Source: Eledone cirrhosa
Lineage: Eukaryota
Direction: 5' to 3'
NCBI GenBank assembly: GCA_964016885.1
Contig: OZ024755.1
Span: 10,292,001-10,356,000 of the forward strand
Length of the DNA stretch: 64,000 nt
The notes below the pieces were generated by a model. That model worked only from the letters and a program-made list of their open reading frames with translations, ran no database searches and was not told the DNA's origin. The position numbers and the translations under genes were made by a program. Of the stretch, positions 55,686-64,000 are shown one piece after another. The stretch's first letter is position 1, and each line of letters opens with the position of its first letter.

Positions 55686-56549
55686 ATGTAAGGAAATTCG
55701 TCACCAAATGACAATCCGAGGCTTTAGTGGAAGACATTTGTCCAATGTGATGTGCAGCAAGCCGAACCCAGAACCACGTGGTTATGGTAACGAAACGAAC
55801 TCCTTAACGACACAGTCATGCCTGCACCTATATTTGATTCATTACTAAGATGTTAACTTAACAGATGGTTTTTATATTGGAAGATTTTTAGAAAAACCTT
55901 GTAAAAAGTTATTAATCCAAGACCTTCAAAAATAATTTACAAATTATGTATGCATTGTTTTGAATCCCATGCTGAGTTCTTTGAATGGTAATCAAGCTAA
56001 TGGCAGCGTTATATCAAAAGGGTTGAACTAATTTAATTAAAAAGTAAAAATTAAAATAAAATAAAATATAAAACGAAAGAAAAAAATAAGGAAGAAATGG
56101 GGGAAGGGGAAAACTGTACAGCCTCCGTTGTGACCCACGAACAAGATCGTATAAGCGTTGCCGCGGAGAATAGCCAGTGATATCCACTCTATCAGTCATT
56201 CTACCTCGGGCAGAGTTCCTTCCATCCTTTTATATGTCATCATTCGATGTGTTAGATATAGTAGTCAAATACCCTCAAATCATACTCAACACTATTTTTA
56301 AAGATAAATGTAAAGGACACACCAAACAATGTAGTCCAAGGTACACCTAAACAGGAAGGATGGCCAATTCTGGAGTGCCTGATTATGGGTGTGTCTAATC
56401 TGAGATGACTCTGTGGTTACACAACAACAACAGCTCCATACATTAATAAATAAATGATTGAAAACTATCTTTTTTCCTTCTTATTCGTACTCACGTTTAA
56501 TAGATATATACACACACACACACACATATATATACACACACACACACAC

Positions 56550-56594
<45 letters not shown>

Positions 56595-56627
56595 CACACA
56601 CACACATATATACACACACACACACAT

Positions 56628-56660
<33 letters not shown>

Positions 56661-56679
56661 CACATACATACATATATAT

Positions 56680-56776
56680 CGGAATACAAAAAACAACAAC
56701 GCAGGAGTACAAGTTACAAATAGTATTAGTTTCGCGCTTAGTGAGAGTGGGGTGTGTGGGTGCGACGTTTCGGGCA
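56680..56776 (-). mobile_element. Penelope-like pLTR fragment (family of 265-378)
   Basis: Shares attagtttc.cgct...cgacgtttcgggc; truncated within hammerhead stem II by a microsatellite. Confidence 0.55.
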
Positions 56777-56777
56777 T

Positions 56778-56846
<69 letters not shown>

Positions 56847-57342
56847 CATATATATACATACACATATAAAGTCCTATCTATACATCTATATATGCGTCTG
56901 TCTATATATATATATATGTGTGTGTGTGTGAGTATGTATGTATATATGTATGTATAATTACACACACACACACACACACACACGGATATAAATTATTGAA
57001 AGGTGACCCTTAAAGGACTAATTCTGTTTCATCTACAAGAACAACCCCCCTGAATTAATGACTAAATAATTGAACCCAACTAACCAGTTTCCTGTCAACA
57101 GAACACCGCTGGGAGAAACCCTATAAATAAGACAAATACGATGTTAATACTTGAAAAGTGGAATAATTATCTTGCAGATCAAATTCATTAATCGCTTAAT
57201 TAGTTTAATCTCTTAATGAAGTTTTTTATAGCTTATGTGATTTGGTCGACCAGAGATCAAATAGCCAAACCCTAGCGATAATCTCTCTCTCTCTCTCTTT
57301 TTCTTTTTCATATATATATATATATATTTATATATTATATTA

Positions 57343-57374
<32 letters not shown>

Positions 57375-57384
57375 TATATTATAT

Positions 57385-57446
<62 letters not shown>

Positions 57447-57473
57447 TATATTATATATATATACCTATAAGCT

Positions 57474-57535
<62 letters not shown>

Positions 57536-58005
57536 TAGATAGAGGGGGGGGGAGGAGAGTGAGAGGGTGAGAGAGAGAGGGAGAAGGGGATTATCATTAA
57601 GGATTGACTGTTTTGACCTGTAGAGCAGTCCCTTTTCAATGGACAATGACCTCATTGGGGTGAACACCACCCATCAAATATGGAGTTATTTCGTATGAAG
57701 CTTCAATATATACACACCCTACATTCCTACATTCAGGCATATCTGTTTACAATCGTAATCCGAACATTACAGGTGCTGTATACATATTGATTTCTGATTT
57801 AGGTACAAGATCAGAAAACTTAGGAGAAGGGCAAAATTCATTAAATCAATCCCAGTCCCAGTAATTAATTGGTTCTTTATTTTACCGACCCCCGGAAAGG
57901 TGATTTGAACTCAGATTATAAAGAGTCGGAACAAATACCCCAATGTCATTTTATCAGACGCTCTACCAATTATGCTAATCCAACATTTTTAGTGCGGTGT
58001 ACATA

Positions 58006-58314
58006 CGAGTGTCGGCTGAAAGGTTGATAAGCGGACCAAGATACTCTCATGGAATGACCAAACGAGATTTATTTTTCAACATAGTTCCTAGAAAGAAACA
58101 ATGCGGTTATTAATAAGAGGAGTTGAAATTAATGCATGCAAGATTTCACAGCTCTAGCGTGACTCCTTCATAGTCAGCTTATGAACTTTTCAGCCCTCTG
58201 TACAGAAAAAAATCCATTTATTAATAAGAAGAGTTGATATTAATGCATGCAAGATTTCACAGCCCTAGCATCAATCCTTCATAGTCCGCTTATGACCTTT
58301 TCAACATAACCTCG
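58006..58314. mobile_element. Mariner-derived MITE with duplicated right end
   Basis: TA-cgagtgtcggctgaaaggttgataagcggac ... gtccgcttatgaccttttcaacataacctcg-TA; segment 58108-58200 repeated at 58218-58314. Confidence 0.75.
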
Positions 58315-58627
58315 TATTAGAAACACACACAGACACACAAACACACACACACACACACACACATTACTGGAAGCTGATAGCTTTATTTAATAGTTACTCC
58401 AGGTTTCATGTCTCCAATGAATGTCATTACAGGATTATTAATTATTTTATAGATTTTTGAGCAATGAAAATCAGAATTGACCTTGCTGGAATTTGAACTC
58501 AGAACATAAAAGATGGTAGCTAATCCCTTCCTCCTAAAATAGAATACGAACTTATGGTGTGTGTGTATGTGTGTGTGTGTCTCTGTGAGTGTGTGTGTGT
58601 GAGTGTGTGTGTGTGTGATTTAGTCTA

Positions 58628-59225
58628 GTGGATTGGCAGTATCGGTGTTAACCGCCGAGGTTAACTTTGTCTTTCATCCTTATGGGGTCGATAAAATAAA
58701 ATACCAGTAATGTACTGGGTAATTGCTGGCTTTGTGCCAAAAGTAGAAACAATTATTGTGTTCATGACAAAAGGCATTGGATTGACAGTATTGGTAGAGG
58801 GTCGGACGCCATGCTTTGCAGCATAGAGTTACATCCCTTTACGATCTGAGTTCAAATCTCGCTGAGGGTAACTTTGTCTTTCATCCTTACGAGGTCGATA
58901 AAATAAAGTATCAAACACGCACTGGGGTCGATTTTATCGACTTTCCCCTCCCCCAAAATTGCTGGCCTTGTGCCTATATAAGAAACAATTATAGTGTTCA
59001 TGACGAAAGGCAGTGGATTGGCAGTAATCGGTAGAGCGTCGTACGACATGCTTTGTGGCATATAATTACATCCCTTTACATTCTAGGTTCGAATCCCGCC
59101 GAGGTGAGCTTTGCCTTTCATCCTTACGAGGTCGATAAAATGAAGTACCAGTAATGCACTGAGGTAGATTTAATCGACTTTCCCCTCCTCCCAAAATTGT
59201 TGGCCTTGTGCCTAAACCAGAAGCA
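58628..59225 (+). mobile_element. Three tandem Deu/Nin-like SINEs
   Basis: Three cores separated by the repeated spacer gtgttcatgac.aaaggca. Confidence 0.85.
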
Positions 59226-60206
59226 ATATATCAAAAAGAAATTTGACAAAAGGTTACAATGCGTTCTTGAAACGTATTGTAGAAATTTCAGTGTGGGTAC
59301 AATTTCACCAATGAATAGAAATAAAATCACAGCAAAAAATCCAAACTTTTAACCGGAAAAATAAAAAACCGGAATATTTCACTGTTTTTTTTTTTTATTT
59401 CTGATTTCCTATATCTTTATATATATAAGTTTCCGCTGTTTTACAAAAAAATCAACTTTTTGTTATGGTGTTTAAAAAAAAATGTGAGGTTTTTTCCCGG
59501 ATTCAATTCCCAATATGGTCCGCTAATTTGGTATGAACAAATGACTGGTTTCACCCGGTTAAGACCAACCGAGGAATGTTTCTATTGCTAAGTCTCCCGT
59601 GAATGGAATTTACCCTCCGATGGTGAGGTCATTAAAAGGGTCAAGTCCGCTGTGAAGTATAAGTTTCTTTTGAATTTCATGGAAAAAACTAATTATTTTC
59701 TTTTCGTATTTGCTGTTCATTTTTGTCTGAATGTTATCTTTTCGTGCTAAAGGGTCCTAGAAATTGTATGTACATTAAAACCAGCGAATATAATATTATG
59801 TATGTCCCGGGAAATTTGTTTGGTAATTTGATAGGAGAAGAAGTTTTACTGGTGGAATGTAAAAGGTCAAGAGGTGAACTCCTTTTTCGGGAGCTGTAAA
59901 ATAAAACTGATTTATTTCACACACACAGGTGAATGAAATAAAGAGGCATATATCTAATGTTGATAATATTTCTGCTTGACTGTTCATAATAAGTGGTATC
60001 AGTAAGGTGGTGTTTGGAAAAAAAAAAAGGAGCCATGTCGATGCTCATGCCTTCCATAAGGTATTTAACCCTTTTGATACCAATCTGCCCAAAACCACCT
60101 CCGTGAAATAGAACCACTAATTTTAAAGAGTTTCTATTTATGTTAAAACATTCCCCTATAATTTTATATAAGAACCATTTAAGTTACAAATGCCATCTTA
60201 ATAATG

Positions 60207-60810
60207 GTTTCTTATATAGGCACAAGGCCAGTAATTTGGGGGAGGGGAAAGTCGATTAAATCGACCCCAGTACGTTACTGGTGCTTTATTTTATCGACTC
60301 CGTAAGGATGGAAGGCAAAGTTAACCTCGGCGGGATTTGAACTCAGATCATAAAGGGCCGTAACTCTACGCTGCAAAGCATGGTGTCCGACTCTACCACT
60401 CCACCGCCCTAAATGCCATCTTAATAATGATTTCTACTTTAGACACATGGGAGGGCAATGTCAAATCCTTCGTTCTCAGTACATGAACTTTATTTGTAAC
60501 TTTATTTTATCGACCCTAGAAGGATGGAAAGCAAAGCTAACCTCGGTGGGATTTGAACTCAGAACGTAAAGGTTGGTTTCTAATTTAGGCCCAATGCCAG
60601 CAATTTTGGTGCGAACGGTGGTGGAATAGAGAAAACGTCAATGATATCAACTCCAGTATTTCACTGATACTTTATTTTATTAACTTCTGAAGGATGAAAA
60701 CCAAAATTAACTGGGCAGTGAGAGGGTGCGATTTTAATCTTTGTGGAGCGAAGATTTTACCCTAGAACGTAATGAACCGAACCAAATACCAGAAGTTATT
60801 TCGATCTTTG
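60207..60810 (-). mobile_element. Three Deu/Nin-like SINEs; the first is near full length with TSD
   Basis: aaatgccatcttaataatg flanks 60207-60410. Confidence 0.85.
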
Positions 60811-61176
60811 CTCAAATGATTCTGTCAGTCAACAGTCTTAACCACCTTTTTTTCTTTTTTTAAATAATTACAACAATAAGCTGTGACATGGCGGATGTAA
60901 ATTCAAATGAATTTTGCTCAACGGGGATTTCTGTGTGGTTTATAATTTCTTGCTTGACTATTTTTATTAACTGTCAAAATTCTGACAACTTCATTCTCAG
61001 TGTCTAGCATTGATTTCAACAATAACAATGGCTCAGAGGCAAATCTATATTTAACTGGAAAAAAAAAGAATGCAACTGAATAACCCAACCAACCAGCCAG
61101 TCAGGCAAATCTTAAAAACTTTGATACATGATGTTAACAACAGTAATATCATGACACATTTTTACACACACACACC

Positions 61177-61209
<33 letters not shown>

Positions 61210-61236
61210 GAATAAATATATGTATATATATATATA

Positions 61237-61311
61237 TTGGCGATAAGTCATCGACAGGGACTTACACTGTTTCAACCCCCTACCGACAGTAATGTTTGTC
61301 CAGCCGGAGTT
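61237..61311 (-). ncRNA. Partial hammerhead ribozyme (stem II, GAAA, stem III, GUC); CUGANGA missing
   Basis: Minus strand: aactcc..ggggtt GAAA cag-tgtaagtcc-ctg TC; bounded by microsatellites. Confidence 0.45.
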
Positions 61312-61321
61312 ACACACACAA

Positions 61322-61360
<39 letters not shown>

Positions 61361-61522
61361 CGTGCTTTTAGAAAAAGATCTTTTTTCGGTTCTTTCTTTT
61401 AACACTATCTTTCTATTTCCTCTCTTATTTCTCATTATATTTTCCGAAACGAAACGTAAGACACTTTTCCTACTTTATCAAGCATTAAACTAATTGCTTT
61501 GTTGTTTCCGTTTACTTTTCGA

Positions 61523-61585
<63 letters not shown>

Positions 61586-61714
61586 AAGAAGAAGCCACCC
61601 CCCACCGTCAGTCACAAATGACTATGGTTTTGCACCTAGAAAGTTTCCCTCACAACCTCACCATTGCAGGCCCAACGCTCTAACCACTGAGCCATATATA
61701 TATATATATAATAA

Positions 61715-61905
61715 ATTTTGTTTCTACTTTTGGCACAAGGCCAGCAATTACCCCAGCGCATTACTGGTACTTTATTTTATCGACCCCGTAAGGATGAAAA
61801 GCAAAGTTAACCTCGGCGGGATTTGAACTCAGAACGCAAAGGGCCGTAACTCTATGCTTCAAAGCATGGCGTCTAACTTAACCGATACTGCCAATCCACC
61901 GCCCA
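61715..61905 (-). mobile_element. Deu/Nin-like SINE
   Basis: Head, core and tail present; atatataataaat flanks. Confidence 0.85.
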
Positions 61906-61952
61906 TATATAATAAATAATATATATATATCATTTTTATATTATATAAATAA

Positions 61953-62056
<104 letters not shown>

Positions 62057-62274
62057 AGAGATTCTTTATTATGGTTGCCTTGTTGCTCTACAGTTTGACT
62101 TGTGTAGTCATAGGATCAGTATTTTGTCTGATATCGCAGTGTGTAAGTGTGAACACAGGTGAAACTCCAGAGAAACAGGACACACCACTTAGTCATAGTG
62201 GGAGAGGGAGTGAGGAAAATATCAAATTACCATTTCCTTGTCAAACCTACCAGAAAGTGGTTGTCACCTGATCA

Positions 62275-62455
62275 TGTGCTTATTTGAGGGTCGTGAGGGA
62301 AGAGTTCTCAAACACTCCTTCCAGCGGGTCCTGTCAGAAGCAACCGTTTCCAACTGATCTGACTGTATCCCCAGGCGAGACCATCGACGCTCACGGATGT
62401 TATCCAACCATCTTGCTCGGGGTTTACCCCTGGGTCTCCTGCAGATTGGTTTTTC
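62275..62455 (-). mobile_element. RTE-clade LINE 3' fragment
   Basis: RRPRGKPRARWLDNIRERRWSRLGIQSDQLETVASDRTRWKECLRTLPSRP. Confidence 0.8.
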
Positions 62456-62970
62456 CAAGAAGACACTTGCCCAAGGTAAACCCAGAAACTTATAGTTGAG
62501 AAGCGAAGTCCTTAACCACCCAGCCATAAATGAAACATTTTTTTTTTTAAGTCTGTGGCCGAAACACGGGTGTTTATCAGGCTGGTGCTAAGAAGAAGAA
62601 GAAGAAGGAGAAGAAGAAGAAATCAACTATCTTCAGTCTTCAGGCCTGGAGATGAGAAGAAATCCGGCAGGTTTAAAGTGTCCAAGACATGTGTGTAACG
62701 ATAGCGCCCCTACGACACCACGAGGGGTTAAGGATTCACGAGGATGATGATTTGGCAATATCTATTTATATATATATAAAAAAAACCACTTGGTTCTCTA
62801 CAAATATTTTCACTGTCATGGTCACCCCACTACCCTACCATTTCCTCTCTTCTCTCTTCCTTTCCTGGCTTATTTAGATGACATATGACTTGGTTGGAAT
62901 GTGACTGGCTCTTATCTGTCTGTCGGACTGTCTATCTGTCTGTCTGTCTGTAATGCTAACTACCAACTAG

Positions 62971-63050
<80 letters not shown>

Positions 63051-63052
<2 letters not shown>

Positions 63053-63253
63053 CGAAGGAATTGTGGTAAGGAACCAGATGGACCATAACGCACCAGAGTA
63101 CTCAATAGTTAGGGTAGTAGAGTGGGTAATAGGAAAAGGTATGACCCCGACGGCAGAGCTCAAGCCGTTTCGACGGCTATTTCTGGACTGAAATAGTCGT
63201 CCAGAAATAGCCGTAGAAACGGCTTGAACTCTGCCGTAGGGGTCATACCTTTT

Positions 63254-63258
<5 letters not shown>
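63051..63258. mobile_element. Fold-back element with hammerhead half-cores on both strands, in (TA)n
   Basis: 60-bp arms 63129-63188 and 63199-63258; GAAA cggc-loop-gccg TC/TA on each strand. Confidence 0.75.
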
Positions 63259-63339
<81 letters not shown>

Positions 63340-63430
63340 TACAAAGCCTTTGATTTCTGACACGCACGCATGCACACATGCGCGCGGGAACACGTGCACG
63401 CACGCACTTATCTCTCTATACATACATACA

Positions 63431-64000
63431 TGATGGCTGCCAACTCGTTTTCGAGTACGACCATTACTTTATATCCATATAGGAGAACCCCTACCGATGC
63501 GCTGAACGAGTGTGACTTTTTAGTCCAGCCAGCGACTTGAAAACTCTGGTACAAACACTACACTTGTGACAATTATTGACACATAGTGCTAGGGCCATGG
63601 TACCATGTGACGACAAGTGCAGAGAGATCTCCAGATATAAAGCAATGCCTGTGCCGTGAAGCTTTTATAGTGAGTAAAGGCACTGCACAAAGCCAGTCCC
63701 ACTCTGTTAACCAAGATGATATTTACCAAAAAGAAGAACAAGTCAACATCATTGGATACCATCATACATACAAATATGCATACATACATACAAATATACA
63801 TACATACGGGTTATATACCAACCCGCTTGGACCAAAATATGACTGAACTTGGATTTGCGGACAAAGAGCGCAGCTCCCCTAATTCATAGTCTGCAAATGG
63901 TTGCGATAGTTGGCACTTTCAAAATTTGCAAAACATTCTTGCGATTCAAGGGATGACAATTTCTTTTCCTTTACAACCTTGCACCAGGAAGGTGGCCGGT
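63431..64000. mobile_element. Second copy of the RTE 3' end (-) plus REL-LINE 3' end (+) composite
   Basis: 63431-63763 matches 8015-8346 (CSVCTRVFKSLAGLKSHTRSAHR*); 63805-64000 matches 8811-9003. Confidence 0.85.

Overview
This is an AT-rich eukaryotic, non-coding or intronic window packed with microsatellites, minisatellites and transposable-element relics. The SINE families match my recollection of cephalopod repeats, so Octopus is the likely source (inference; no search run). I found no intact cellular gene, rRNA, tRNA or CRISPR array, and nearly all listed ORFs are translations of simple repeats. Supported content: about 30 copies of a tRNA-headed Deu/Nin-like SINE, many with clean target-site duplications (TSDs); two CORE-like SINE families; a decayed hAT Charlie/Buster transposase (about 33.4-35.3 kb, minus strand); a 5'-truncated R4/Dong-type LINE in (TAA)n with an inverted copy of its 3' end; two tandem Tx1/L1 3' fragments in (TCTA)n; RTE fragments, including a bipartite 5'UTR+3'end element; mariner, Tigger and piggyBac-like remnants; and tandem arrays with 65, 45, 42 and 27 bp units. 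The most interesting signal is a set of short islands inside (TA)n tracts that are fold-back palindromes and/or carry partial hammerhead-ribozyme cores (Penelope pLTR or retrozyme-like). A head-to-head composite of two different LINE ends also occurs twice, about 55 kb apart.
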